Below are positions 54,186-64,000 of a DNA stretch of 64,000 bases, one piece after another; positions within the stretch are counted from its first letter, which is position 1, and the number at the start of each line of letters is the position of its first letter. Position numbers and translations under genes: made by a program. The notes beneath the pieces are model-generated. The model did not search any database. It saw only the letters and a list, made by a program, of their open reading frames with translations, and was not told where the DNA came from. The DNA is from Spirochaetia bacterium (GTDB lineage: Bacteria > Spirochaetota > Spirochaetia > SP-2023), in NCBI GenBank assembly GCA_965225855.1, contig CBDDCK010000005.1, forward strand, positions 1,061,509-1,125,508, read 5' to 3'.

Positions 54186-55781
54186 TTACAAACCGCAAGC
54201 CCGAAAGAAACGCTGCCAAGTTTCCAAGTTACCGAGTGTGGCGCAGTGGCGCAAACCTTCTACAAATACGTGTGCGATTTGTTGTTGTAAAAAGCCTTGG
54301 AGCCCGGTTTTTTGGTTGGTTTGTAATTGCTTGGGCAGCTTACTTTGCAGGCGATAAAGCCAAGGTAGATGTTGTTGCAATGCAAGCTCATCGTCTTGGG
54401 CTTGCCCTTGTAAATAAGCGGCCATCAGTTGCATTTCTTGTTTTAGTCGGCCTGGCAAAATGGCTAAACCCATTACTTCAATTAAACCGATGTTTTCTTT
54501 TTTTATGTGGTGTATTTCTGCGTGCGGGTGGAAAATGCCGAAAGGGTGGTTTTCATTACAGCGATTGTTGCGCAGCACTAAGAAAAATTCATAGACTCTG
54601 CCTGTCCAGCGCACGATAGGGGTAATGGTATTATGTGGTATTGGGTTGCCACCATCAGGGCTATCACTTTGGGCCAATATTTGAATACTTTGATCTGAAT
54701 ATCTGCGCCAAGATTCGAGGATTTGGCAAGCCAAATCTAGTAACGGTTCTGTATTATTGGCCCCACAGCTAAGCTTAATGCAAGACATGGGCCATTGTAA
54801 AATTTCAATTTTCATCTTGGCTTTTAGTTGTTTTGTGCTTGCTATCATTTCTTCCATAGAAAATAATACAGCAGCGCGAAACATAGGGAATTGGTAACAG
54901 CCGGCTTGAAAATGGTGGTGGCTTAGTATCGAACCCCCAACAATCGGCAAGTCGGCATTCGAGCCAACCATGTAATGGGGAAACTGGCGTATAAAATCAA
55001 ACAATTCGGCAAAGGCTTCTCGGTTGATTTGCATGGGCTTATGTTCTTTGGAAAGCAATATACTGTGTTCTGGATAGTAGAGATACGGTGAATATTGCAG
55101 AGCAAAATCTTTGCCATTGAGTTGCAATTCTACCACTCGGTGGTTGAAACGCGGCGGCCAAGACAAATGCCCTGGGTAGCCTTCGTTTTCAATGCACAAA
55201 ACACACTGGGGGTAACCACTGTTTTTGTTTTGGCTAGCCGCTACAATAGCCTTAGGGTCTTTTTCCGGCTTGGATAAATTGATGGTAATCTCTAACTCAA
55301 TGCCATCGCAGTTGCTATGCCAAGATAGATTTTGAGCTAGACGATCATTGCGAATATAAGCTGCATGCTGTGATATTTGGTAGAAAAAATCTGTAGCATT
55401 CTTAGACCCCTGCTTATTGTATAATTGCCAAAAATGCTGCTCTAACGTACTAGCCAATGGCATGAGTTGGCCCAATAAATTCCCCAAAAACAAATCCATT
55501 TCGCTAACGCTGTTAGCGTCATATAAGCGCTGCAGCGCAGCCCAATCGAGCAATGGCTGTACTAAACTGTAAATATCTGTGTTATCATCTTCATAAGCTA
55601 TTGGCTTATTTTGTCCATCACTACCTGCTAATTGTAAAAATAAATAAAGGCGCCCACGCGCTACCAAACGGTCGCGAGAATGTAAAAGTAAATGTTTTTG
55701 GGCAAAGTCCAACAAAGCCTCAATATTTTGGTAAATATCTGGCATCGTATTCTCAACATTCATGCAATTCCCGAACACCAT
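54186..55781 (-). CDS. galT: Galactose-1-phosphate uridylyltransferase, type 2 (long form)
   Basis: About 500-aa form. 'GYPQCVLCIENEGY' and 'GGSILSHHHFQAG' (histidine-triad-like active site). Adjacent to and overlapping galK. Confidence 0.8.
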   Translation of the reverse strand: MVFGNCMNVENTMPDIYQNIEALLDFAQKHLLLHSRDRLVARGRLYLFLQLAGSDGQNKPIAYEDDNTDIYSLVQPLLDWAALQRLYDANSVSEMDLFLGNLLGQLMPLASTLEQHFWQLYNKQGSKNATDFFYQISQHAAYIRNDRLAQNLSWHSNCDGIELEITINLSKPEKDPKAIVAASQNKNSGYPQCVLCIENEGYPGHLSWPPRFNHRVVELQLNGKDFALQYSPYLYYPEHSILLSKEHKPMQINREAFAELFDFIRQFPHYMVGSNADLPIVGGSILSHHHFQAGCYQFPMFRAAVLFSMEEMIASTKQLKAKMKIEILQWPMSCIKLSCGANNTEPLLDLACQILESWRRYSDQSIQILAQSDSPDGGNPIPHNTITPIVRWTGRVYEFFLVLRNNRCNENHPFGIFHPHAEIHHIKKENIGLIEVMGLAILPGRLKQEMQLMAAYLQGQAQDDELALQQHLPWLYRLQSKLPKQLQTNQKTGLQGFLQQQIAHVFVEGLRHCATLGNLETWQRFFRACGL

Positions 55782-56991
55782 CTACAGCATCGGAAAGATA
55801 AAATTCAGGCTTCCAGCCAAATTGTTGGCAATAGACATTGGCGATGCGCTGTTGCAACTGCTCGAATACACAGCTATCACTTTTTTTAATAAGGGCAATC
55901 GCACAACCACCAAAACCAGCCCCCGTCATGCGAGCACCCAATACCAAGCTTTCTTGTTCTAACAAGGCAACCAAACTATCCAGATGAGGGCCGCTAACTT
56001 GATAATCATCGCGCAATGAAGCATGGGAAGCGCTAAGTAAATTACCTAATTGAACCCAATCTTTAGCCTTCATGGCAGCTGCTGCAGCATGGGTACGGTG
56101 GTTTTCTCTAACGACATGGCAAACCCGTTTTTGCAAAGTTTTCTCTCCTTGCAACAATTCCAGTGCAAGCTCGAATTCCCCTTTGGGACTAGATTCACTT
56201 ATGCTGCACAAGTTTTGTTTTTGCGCAAAAGCTGAATTTTGTTGCAGCATTTGCAGTGCCGCCTCACATTCTCTGCGGCGTTCATTATACTTGGACTCTT
56301 GCAATTTACGTGGCAATTTGGTATTGGCGATCAACAATGCATGTTCACCCAGCTCTAAAGGAATTTGCTGATATTCCAAAGTGGCACAATCTAATAAGCA
56401 AGCTTGTTGGGCCTTTGCTACAGCAATAATAAATTGATCCATGATGCCACAATTCATGCCGCAAAATTCATTTTCTGCTTGTTGGGCCAATACCGCTAGC
56501 TGCTCTCGACTAAGCATAACATTATGGTAACTTTGCAATATGTAGCACATTAAAACTTCTATCGAAGCCGAAGACGAAAGACCAGAACCCCCTGTTGGCA
56601 AATTGCCAAAAAAAACAATATCAAGCCCCTGCGATAATCCATTAAACTCTTTGGGCCAGCTTTGTTGTTGTAATATAGAAAGTACACCTAAAGGATAATT
56701 GCACCAATTTTGTTGTGCCTGGTAACCAAAGTCTAACATATTGTACGTTTGAGGCTCGCACTTTGAAAAGTTATGTGAATATAGACGCAGATTGTGGTCT
56801 TGGCGTTGGCCTACCGCAGCTACAGTGCCCAAACTAATCGCACAAGGAAATACTAAACCACCGTTATAATCAATGTGCTCGCCAATAATATTGATGCGCC
56901 CGGGAGCAAAAAAAACCTTATCATTTGGATAGCCATATAGTTGTTCAAATTGTTCACAGCAAATGCTTACCAATGTTGTATAAGATTTCAT
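55753..56991 (-). CDS. galK: Galactokinase
   Basis: 'GRINIIGEHIDYNGG' galactokinase signature, GHMP 'PTGGSGLSSSASIEV' and 'GARMTGAGFGGCAIAL'. Confidence 0.9.
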   Translation of the reverse strand: MKSYTTLVSICCEQFEQLYGYPNDKVFFAPGRINIIGEHIDYNGGLVFPCAISLGTVAAVGQRQDHNLRLYSHNFSKCEPQTYNMLDFGYQAQQNWCNYPLGVLSILQQQSWPKEFNGLSQGLDIVFFGNLPTGGSGLSSSASIEVLMCYILQSYHNVMLSREQLAVLAQQAENEFCGMNCGIMDQFIIAVAKAQQACLLDCATLEYQQIPLELGEHALLIANTKLPRKLQESKYNERRRECEAALQMLQQNSAFAQKQNLCSISESSPKGEFELALELLQGEKTLQKRVCHVVRENHRTHAAAAAMKAKDWVQLGNLLSASHASLRDDYQVSGPHLDSLVALLEQESLVLGARMTGAGFGGCAIALIKKSDSCVFEQLQQRIANVYCQQFGWKPEFYLSDAVDGVRELHEC

Positions 56992-57033
56992 GTTATATAA
57001 GATTTCATAGCGAAAACCAATCTCTATCCTATA

Positions 57034-57528
57034 TTATAATGGGCTCACAGACCAAAGTTCTGAATACTTTACACAGTGAATGGCAACACTTTTGTACTTT
57101 GTTAAGTCTACATTGGCAGGCACCTTCAAAGTGATAGGCCCTTTCAATTTGCCCCAGAAAGCTTTGCGCTTCAATCTACCAATTTTGATAGCCCCTTTCA
57201 TGGCATTTTTGTCATTTAAGCTGCTGGCCTTTTGAGGCGAAAAAATAACATATAAATCCGGGCCGTTGGTGGTAGAAAAATCCTGCCCCAATTGAAACTG
57301 AATTTGCTGTTGCAATGGATTTTGAATAAGGGCCCATTGGCCTTGGGTGGCAAAATGTACTTTGGTCCAACTGCCTTGTTTAATGATTTGGGTTTGCGAA
57401 TCTTGAGCAAACAACGCAAATGAGTTTAATAAAATTTGCATGAAAGCAAGCAACAAAACAGCTCCCCGCTTGGAAAAGGCAAGGCAACGAAAAAATGGCC
57501 ATAAACCAAAGAATAAGTATTTCAACAT
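57034..57528 (-). CDS. DM13-domain secreted protein (putative)
   Basis: Signal peptide, then 'GSWTKVHFATQGQWALI...LGQDFSTTNGPDLYVIFS', which resembles the DM13 pattern (H..G......l.l..dF....GPdl.v.ls). Confidence 0.45.
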   Translation of the reverse strand: MLKYLFFGLWPFFRCLAFSKRGAVLLLAFMQILLNSFALFAQDSQTQIIKQGSWTKVHFATQGQWALIQNPLQQQIQFQLGQDFSTTNGPDLYVIFSPQKASSLNDKNAMKGAIKIGRLKRKAFWGKLKGPITLKVPANVDLTKYKSVAIHCVKYSELWSVSPL

Positions 57529-58117
57529 CAGAGATTTCCTTTCAGTAAGTTTTTAAAGTAACATGCAACATACAGTAAGAGCCACGACATTGTCAAGTAT
57601 TTTTTGATAAACAGTAGGATTGGCCCCACAATATTGTTGCTTATTTCCTTATTTGGTGTATTTAGCCTACAACAAATAAAGCAGTTGCCTCCCTGCTTTG
57701 CTGCTTTTTTACTGCTTGGCTCTAGCGGCTCACAAACCATAATTTACTACCAAAACTTTAGAATTAAAATGATTTCATACAATAGTTTGGCCTAAACAAG
57801 CTTAGAGCCAAAGTTATTTGCGCCTTGGCTAAATACTACGCAAAGAGCTCGGGGAATATACGGGAATAACTTTGGCGATATACCCAAGTGCATATCCAGC
57901 AACCAAAGCCCCGCCATTGGGCCCTAATACCAGCTGTTTGATCCTAATAAAGTGGGGGTTTTGGCGGGGCTTTAATTCTTGGCAGCCAACAAAAAACCAA
58001 AAAAATCGGCAAAGTACTTGACACTATTCCCCCTTCAAACATAATGGGCAGAGCAATTATAGCCCATAGGGGTTTGTAAATCTACATTTGAAAAGGTGAA
58101 TTCAGTGATGAATAAAG

Positions 58118-58926
58118 ATGAATAAAGATAAATACCACGGAGTAGCCGCTGTATTCAGCCTAGTATTATTGGCACTAATGGCCTGTAGCCCGATAGAACA
58201 GAGTGGTAAAGGCGATACCGTAAAGTTAAAAAAGTACCGCATCAAGTACATCCAAGAGAGAGATGAGCCCAAGTATAAACTTAGCGAGTGGAACGGCAAT
58301 GTTTTGATATACTATAAATCGGATGGTTCTGCTTTTGGTAAATACTGCTTTGAAGGCGCAGGCAATGGCATTATTCCCTATGATAGTTTGTTTGAGGTTG
58401 GCTTAAAAGATGATAAAGAGAAGCTAGTTTATGAGCGGAAAGACGATGTTTTAAAGGGATACAGTACTTCAGGAGTTCTTACCATTACCTTTGACAACAA
58501 GGGCCGAATAAAACAAAGGAAATATGAAGAGGAGGGGAAACAGCCTAGTATTACTAAATATACGTATCAAGGTAATGGCCCTGCAATAGCCTCCCACATC
58601 TTGGACAGAGACTTTCTAAACGGTGCATACCAATTTGATATGGCGAATGTGCTTCATAATAAATACAAAAAGCAATACGAATGGCAAAAGCTAAGGGGGT
58701 CCCAAGACAAGATGTCCTAATAAGAAAACAGTTTGATAGTAATGGGAGGCTCTATCGAATAAAGAAAACTACTTTTGATACCCAAGGTAGGAAGAAGAAA
58801 GAACAGGTAGCTTACGATGGCACTCTTATTGTTGCTGCGTTGGCAAAAAAATTTATTGCTGGCACTTATGATGGTAGCGATAACTCTTTAGAAGTTACCA
58901 CTATTACTTATACTTATGTGGATTAA
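58118..58926 (+). pseudogene. Lipoprotein with YD-like repeats, split by a frameshift near a G5 tract
   Basis: Lipobox 'LALMAC'. ORFs 58118-58720 and 58681-58926 overlap in different frames. Both carry 'F D n k/n G R l/i' YD-like motifs. A G5 run lies at 58695-58699. Confidence 0.5.
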
Positions 58927-58957
58927 AGCTTAGCATTTTTATACTTTTAGATACTTG

Positions 58958-58984
58958 AGGCAGGGATTTCCCTGCCTTTTTTTG
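58958..58984 (+). terminator. Rho-independent terminator
   Basis: AGGCAGGGA-TT-TCCCTGCCT followed by a T7 run. Confidence 0.7.
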
Positions 58985-59113
58985 AGTCGAAGGCAATGGG
59001 CTAGGACAATGCTAACATTGACTTTCTATTTATGGCTTGTTAAAATTCCGCTGGATATTTTGTAAGGTCTACATTTCGGTAGGTCTTGATTCCTGTATCC
59101 CATGAGGTTATCC

Positions 59114-62059
59114 ATGATCGATAAAATTCTGGCTGCTTTGTTTGGTAGCAAGCAGGAGCACGACTTAAAAAAGATAGCCCCGTTGCAGCTCAAAATAAAT
59201 GAGCTAGAGCCTTGGGCCTTGGGTTTCAATCAACAACAAATCCAAAAGCAAACCCAAATTTTTCAGCAACGTTTGGCAGAGGCGCGCCAGCGTGATCATT
59301 CTCTCAAGAGTGAACCAAATTTAGACCCTTGTACCAACCAAGCCGGCCCACACTTAACCAACGAGCTAGATGCCATATTGCCAGAAGCGTTTGCCATTGC
59401 CCGTGAAGCCGCACGCCGAATCCTCGGTGAGCGCCCTTACGATGTGCAATTGCTAGGTGGTATCGTATTGCACCAAGGTAAAATTATGGAAATGAAAACC
59501 GGTGAAGGTAAAACATTGTCCTTAGTGGCACCGGCTTATCTCAATGCACTTTCGGGCCAAGGCGTGCATATTGTTACGGTAAATGATTATCTGGCCGAAC
59601 GCGATGCCCATTGGATGGGGCCGATTTTTGCCTATTTGGGGCTTAGCGTTGGGGCGGTGCTATCGCACATGGATCGAGAGCAACGCAAAGTTGCCTATAA
59701 TTGTGATTTAACCTACGGTACCAACAATGAATTTGGTTTTGATTTTTTACGCGACAACATGGTCGGCAGTTTAGAAGACCGCGTGCAACGGCCTTTTGCC
59801 TATTGCATTATTGATGAGATAGACTCTGTGCTGATTGACGAAGCGCGTACTCCGCTCATTATTTCAGGTTCGGTAGAAGATGATATACAAAGCATTGTGA
59901 TTGCCAACCGCTTGCACAGTTATCTACGAGAAGTGAAAAAAGACCCAAGCACAGGGGAATATCCGCGCGATAACCCTTTTGAAAAAGTTGTTTTAGAGGG
60001 CGATTATAAGCTAGATGAAAAGAATAAACGCATTACTTTTACCGAAGATGGCATTACGCAAATTGAATCATTGTTGCACAAATATAAATTTATTGAAGGC
60101 TCCATTTACGATGAAGGCAACTTTGAGTATGTGCACTATTTAAACCAAGCTATGCGGGCCCAAAAGTTATTTTTGCGCGATGTAGATTATGTGGTTCAAG
60201 ATGGCAAAGTGCAAATTGTCGATGAATTTACCGGCCGTATTTTAGATGGGCGGCGTTATTCAGATGGGCTTCATCAAGCGATTGAGGCCAAAGAAAATAT
60301 CAAGATTGCCCAGCGCAATCGCACCTTGGCAACCATTACTTACCAAAAATATTTTGCTATGTACGGCAAACTTAGTGGTATGACGGGTACTGCGATTACC
60401 GAAGCCCGTGAGTTTGATAAAATTTATAGCTTAGATGTAATTGTTTTACCTATGCATCGGCCTCTATCTCGCATTGATGCCAATGATTTAATTTATTTAA
60501 ATAGTGAGGCCAAGCACAAAGCCATTGCAGAAGAAGTCAAAGCCATACATGCAACGGGCCAGCCCGTGCTGATTGGTACCGTTTCTGTGGAGAATTCCGA
60601 ACAACTGTCCAAAGTTTTGACCAAATACCAAGTGCCCCACGAAGTATTAAACGCCAAAAATCACCACCGTGAGGCTTTGATTATTGCCGAAGCGGGGGCT
60701 TTAGGTGCTGTAACCATTGCAACTAATATGGCTGGGCGCGGTACCGACATTAAGCTGGGTGGCAGCCCCGATATGCGGGCCCGCTGCCGTTTGCCCCAAA
60801 TAGCTCAAGTCGCCCAAACAGGAAACAAGCTAGAAACGGGCAGCACAGGGGAAGCAGTGGAAAATAATGAAGCAGAATATTTTCGGTTGCTCGATCAGGA
60901 AATGCAGAAATGGCAGCAAGAACACCAAAAGGTCTGCGAACTGGGGGGCCTTTATGTTTTGGGTACAGAACGCCACGAAAGCCGCCGTATAGATAATCAA
61001 CTGCGGGGGCGTTCGGGCCGCCAAGGAGACCCTGGGTTTTCGCGTTTTTACGTCTCGCTCGATGACGATTTAATGCGTTTATTTGGTGGCGATCGTTTAA
61101 AAAATATGATGGGCCGCATTGGTATGAGTGGTGATGAACCGCTAGAGCACAGCCTCGTTACCAAGTCAATTGAGCGTTCTCAAACTCGTGTTGAAGACCG
61201 CAATTATGAAATTCGCAAGCATTTAATTGAGTATGATGATGTAATGCAAAAACAGCGCTCCCATATCTATCGCTTGCGCAATGAGCTGCTTGGCGATAGC
61301 CAAATTATTGAGCGAGTGGCTGGAATAGCCAAACAAATGCGCAGTATCTTGCTCGATGATTTTGTTGCTGACTGCAATCACCAAAGTTGGGATTTTGCTT
61401 TAGAGCGATTGGGTGAGCGTATGCGCAGCAATTTTGGTTTAATGCTCTCAGAATGCGAACAACAGTTATCACTTGTTTTGGGGCGCAAACACGCTGAAGA
61501 GGCAAGGGAAGTGATGGATAAATTACTAGCTAATTATTGCGAACAGGATTATCAGCAAAAATGCCAAATTGCGGGCCCAGAGCTTGTCAATGAAATTTTG
61601 CGTTTTGAATATTTGCGGGTGATTGATTTGCGTTGGCAAGAACACTTGGAACAAATGGAGGCTCTGCGTGAAGCAGTCAACCTGCGGACGATGGCACAAA
61701 AAAATCCTCTGGTGGAATATAAAAATGAAGGTTTTTCCATTTTTGAAGAATTGGTGGAAAACTTGCAAATTAGTGTAACGCGCAAATTTTACAATATTCG
61801 GATTTCTGTTGATCCAGCTGCAGCACCACGCCAAAATACGATTTTACATGCTGATTCAGGCCAGCATCAACAGTTAGAGTCATTTGATACGGTCCGCAGT
61901 AATCAGCGCAGCAATGCTCGAAATAGAGCCCGTAATGGAACCATGCAAGGTGCAGAAAAGGTACAAGTTCGCCGCACAGAACCAAAAATTGGGCGCAACG
62001 AACCTTGCCCTTGTGGCAGTGGTAAAAAATACAAACAGTGTCACGGGGCTACTCATTAA
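59114..62059 (+). CDS. secA: Preprotein translocase ATPase SecA
   Basis: '[13 protein letters not shown]' start, 'MKTGEGKTL', '[18 protein letters not shown]', '[14 protein letters not shown]', '[17 protein letters not shown]' and the C-terminal zinc motif '[14 protein letters not shown]'. The track ORF starts 12 nt earlier. Confidence 0.95.
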   Translation: MIDKILAALFGSKQEHDLKKIAPLQLKINELEPWALGFNQQQIQKQTQIFQQRLAEARQRDHSLKSEPNLDPCTNQAGPHLTNELDAILPEAFAIAREAARRILGERPYDVQLLGGIVLHQGKIMEMKTGEGKTLSLVAPAYLNALSGQGVHIVTVNDYLAERDAHWMGPIFAYLGLSVGAVLSHMDREQRKVAYNCDLTYGTNNEFGFDFLRDNMVGSLEDRVQRPFAYCIIDEIDSVLIDEARTPLIISGSVEDDIQSIVIANRLHSYLREVKKDPSTGEYPRDNPFEKVVLEGDYKLDEKNKRITFTEDGITQIESLLHKYKFIEGSIYDEGNFEYVHYLNQAMRAQKLFLRDVDYVVQDGKVQIVDEFTGRILDGRRYSDGLHQAIEAKENIKIAQRNRTLATITYQKYFAMYGKLSGMTGTAITEAREFDKIYSLDVIVLPMHRPLSRIDANDLIYLNSEAKHKAIAEEVKAIHATGQPVLIGTVSVENSEQLSKVLTKYQVPHEVLNAKNHHREALIIAEAGALGAVTIATNMAGRGTDIKLGGSPDMRARCRLPQIAQVAQTGNKLETGSTGEAVENNEAEYFRLLDQEMQKWQQEHQKVCELGGLYVLGTERHESRRIDNQLRGRSGRQGDPGFSRFYVSLDDDLMRLFGGDRLKNMMGRIGMSGDEPLEHSLVTKSIERSQTRVEDRNYEIRKHLIEYDDVMQKQRSHIYRLRNELLGDSQIIERVAGIAKQMRSILLDDFVADCNHQSWDFALERLGERMRSNFGLMLSECEQQLSLVLGRKHAEEAREVMDKLLANYCEQDYQQKCQIAGPELVNEILRFEYLRVIDLRWQEHLEQMEALREAVNLRTMAQKNPLVEYKNEGFSIFEELVENLQISVTRKFYNIRISVDPAAAPRQNTILHADSGQHQQLESFDTVRSNQRSNARNRARNGTMQGAEKVQVRRTEPKIGRNEPCPCGSGKKYKQCHGATH

Positions 62060-62145
62060 AAATAATGGAGTAAAAATAAAAATGACTTTCCATAAATTTT
62101 GTATGTTCGTTAAAGCTAAAAGTTTATTAATGTTTTTTTCAAGTT

Positions 62146-62875
62146 ATGAGCTTTCTTCTACTGGGGCCAATATTTGTTGAGTTTTTCTTCCGATTGTTGA
62201 AAAATTCTATATCATTGTCGCAGAATGTAATAGAGTCTTTAGCCTTTTGGGAAGATTTATTTGCTACTCTGCTTGGTTTCGGCTTGAGTTTAATTATAGA
62301 CTGGCATAGAGCACCTCTTAAATCATGTTTACCCGTGCGTTGGTTTCGCCAAAAAACTACCGGAATTTATATTCCCAATACTACATTCTTTAACCGGCCT
62401 AGCAATTTGTTAGCTCTGCCCTTTAGTCGCAAACGTAGTCCACTGTTTTGGTTGGGGCTATCGCTAATAGTAGGTCCAATAGCCATTTTTTGTAACGGTC
62501 TATTAGCCTTTATATTGACTTCATTATTTCCTAATACAACTATCCTGCAAGAAGATATAATTCATGATTTGATTGAAAATAACTCTATTTTTCAATCATT
62601 TTTGTTATTGGTCGTGTCTCCGGTAATTTTTGAAGAATTGGTTTGTCGAGGACGTGGTTTTTCCTTATTGGCTAGACTATTGGGGCGGCCGTAATGCTGT
62701 TGTTTTTAATAGTTTATTATTTGCCTTTTCGCATGTCGGCCCGATTGAAATTGTAGCTCTACTCCCTTTGTCATTTTTCTCAGGCTGGTTGCGCTGGCGC
62801 AGTGGAAATTTGGCCTTTCCTATGTTAGTACATTTGGAAAACAATTTGATAGTGTTGTTCGCACAGTATCTTTAA
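62146..62875 (+). pseudogene. CPBP-family (CAAX) intramembrane protease, frameshifted
   Basis: 'EELVCRG' (EExxxR motif) ends ORF 62146-62694. 'FNSLLFAFSHV' (FxxxH) and 'HLENN' lie in the overlapping ORF 62630-62875 in another frame. Confidence 0.55.
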
Positions 62876-63069
62876 AAAATTTTGCACCTCAATCTCTCTT
62901 GCTAAAGCCCCTTATGGAGTCCATTGAAGATAAATTGGTCTATTTTCTTTGGATTTTATTCATTCTCTACAAGTTTAACACAATAGTTTTTCGATTTCCA
63001 GTGAATAATTTTTATTTCTACATATGGCTATAAAATCATGTAGTTTCTTACACTTTTCAATCTTGTAGC

Positions 63070-63672
63070 TTATGCCTTTTGCTTTAAGTTTTTTACCCAC
63101 TTCGCTATATTAAAAGTTTTATTTGGAGCTTCTTTTAATATAGTTATTAGTGCTTTAACAGCTTTAGCCATCAGAATTAAAATTTGGGAACCATTTTCTG
63201 CATTGCATACAATTATTACTTTTTTACCGTTAAGCTGCAAATTTTGAACCAGTGGTAAAAAGTCGCTATCACCATTTACAAGAATATAAATTTCAATGTT
63301 TCTATATTCTTGTAAATGTTTCATTATATCTACAGTCATGTAAATATCTGTGCTGTTTTTCACATTGGCTATGGGCTTGGGTATATAAAGTATCACTTCA
63401 AAGTTTTGTTGATTCAAATTCAAATCATTTTTGTTATTGTCAAAATTGGCATAAGCTCTTCGCAAAATAATTTTACCGAGGCTTTGGCCGTATGAAATAA
63501 GTGCATCGATAAAATGAGAATCTGCTGAATCGTTTTTCTTGTGGTTTTTTACATTTTCAATGTCCCAAAAAATGGCAATATTAGCGGGTTTGTGGTCTAC
63601 ATCAATTTCTTCTATAGACTGGTAGTTTATAAAAATTTGTAATCTTTGCCTATTCTTTGCAGTATTAGACAA
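63070..63672 (-). CDS. NYN-domain (LabA/DUF88-like) protein
   Basis: 'IAIFWDIENV' and 'ILVNGDSDFLPLVQNLQLNGKKVIIV' motifs typical of NYN/LabA nuclease-fold proteins. Confidence 0.7.
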   Translation of the reverse strand: MSNTAKNRQRLQIFINYQSIEEIDVDHKPANIAIFWDIENVKNHKKNDSADSHFIDALISYGQSLGKIILRRAYANFDNNKNDLNLNQQNFEVILYIPKPIANVKNSTDIYMTVDIMKHLQEYRNIEIYILVNGDSDFLPLVQNLQLNGKKVIIVCNAENGSQILILMAKAVKALITILKEAPNKTFNIAKWVKNLKQKA

Positions 63673-63800
63673 AACTGAATTGGAGTTGAATTATTAGGGG
63701 TTTAACGGCAAAGATTAAAATTATACTAGACTTTCATTATAATATTGCTATGATACTCTTTAAATTAAATTTCAATTGTAAATTTTTAAGGGGGATATTG

Positions 63801-64000
63801 ATGCCTATAAAATTAAAGCCCGGGGTAATTACTGGGAATGCTTTGCAAGATTTATTTGCAAGTTGTAAACAACAAAAATGCGCTTTGCCTGCTGTGAACG
63901 TCATCAACTCTGAAGGTGTTGGTGCGGCTTTAGCTGCCGCTCGTGAAGCAAAGGCTCCAATTATCATTCAGTTTTCTAATGGAGGTGCGGCTTTTTATGC
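63801..64000 (+). CDS. fba: Fructose-bisphosphate aldolase class II (5' part only)
   Basis: My translation from the ATG at 63801 gives MPIKLKPGVITGNALQDLFASCKQQKCALPAVNVINSEGVGAALAAAREAKAPIIIQFSNGGAAFY. This matches the class II FbaA N-terminus (KPGV.TG....F.......ALPA.N.......A.L..A...KAP.I.QFSNGGA.F). Confidence 0.85.
   Translation, partial: MPIKLKPGVITGNALQDLFASCKQQKCALPAVNVINSEGVGAALAAAREAKAPIIIQFSNGGAAFY

Overview
Bacterial chromosomal window. By eye, the housekeeping parts are about 40-45% GC.

(1) 1-3.35 kb: a pcs-like / lepB / lepB operon on the minus strand, and xth on the plus strand.

(2) About 4.4-34.2 kb: a strongly AT-rich (about 25-30% GC) type V-A CRISPR-Cas island, read on the minus strand. 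In order it holds an unknown 171-aa ORF, an N-terminal cas4 stump, and a 20.3-kb CRISPR array. My manual walk gives about 323 identical 36-nt Cas12a-type repeats and about 322 spacers. Next come cas12a (1,568 aa) and, 40 nt further on, a second divergent 1,202-aa Cas12-family effector. Its architecture (long insertion between RuvC-I and RuvC-II, Cys4 zinc ribbon before RuvC-III) resembles Cas12a2. No cas1 or cas2 is present. One orphan degenerate repeat lies 1 kb beyond the array. About 11% of spacers are duplicated copies.

(3) 34.2-42 kb: a fabF-like gene, fabD, a GNAT-like gene, a UvrD-type helicase, a folE-like gene and hypothetical genes.

(4) 42.1-52.5 kb: a recombining paralogous cassette region. 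It contains lipoproteins with 54-bp tandem repeats, tail-anchored coiled-coil proteins built of 7/11-residue MDKRFE repeats, and HExxH lipoproteins. Each unit is preceded by 21-bp-phased AAGGCTG repeat arrays and hairpins. An AT-rich two-gene module is inserted in this region.

(5) 52.6-64 kb: argJ, a DUF1059 gene, galT/galK, a DM13 gene, a frameshifted lipoprotein, secA, a frameshifted CPBP protease, an NYN-domain gene and the start of fba.

I recognised no tRNA, rRNA, integrase or transposase. All calls rest on motif reading of the supplied translations and the DNA. No database search was possible.
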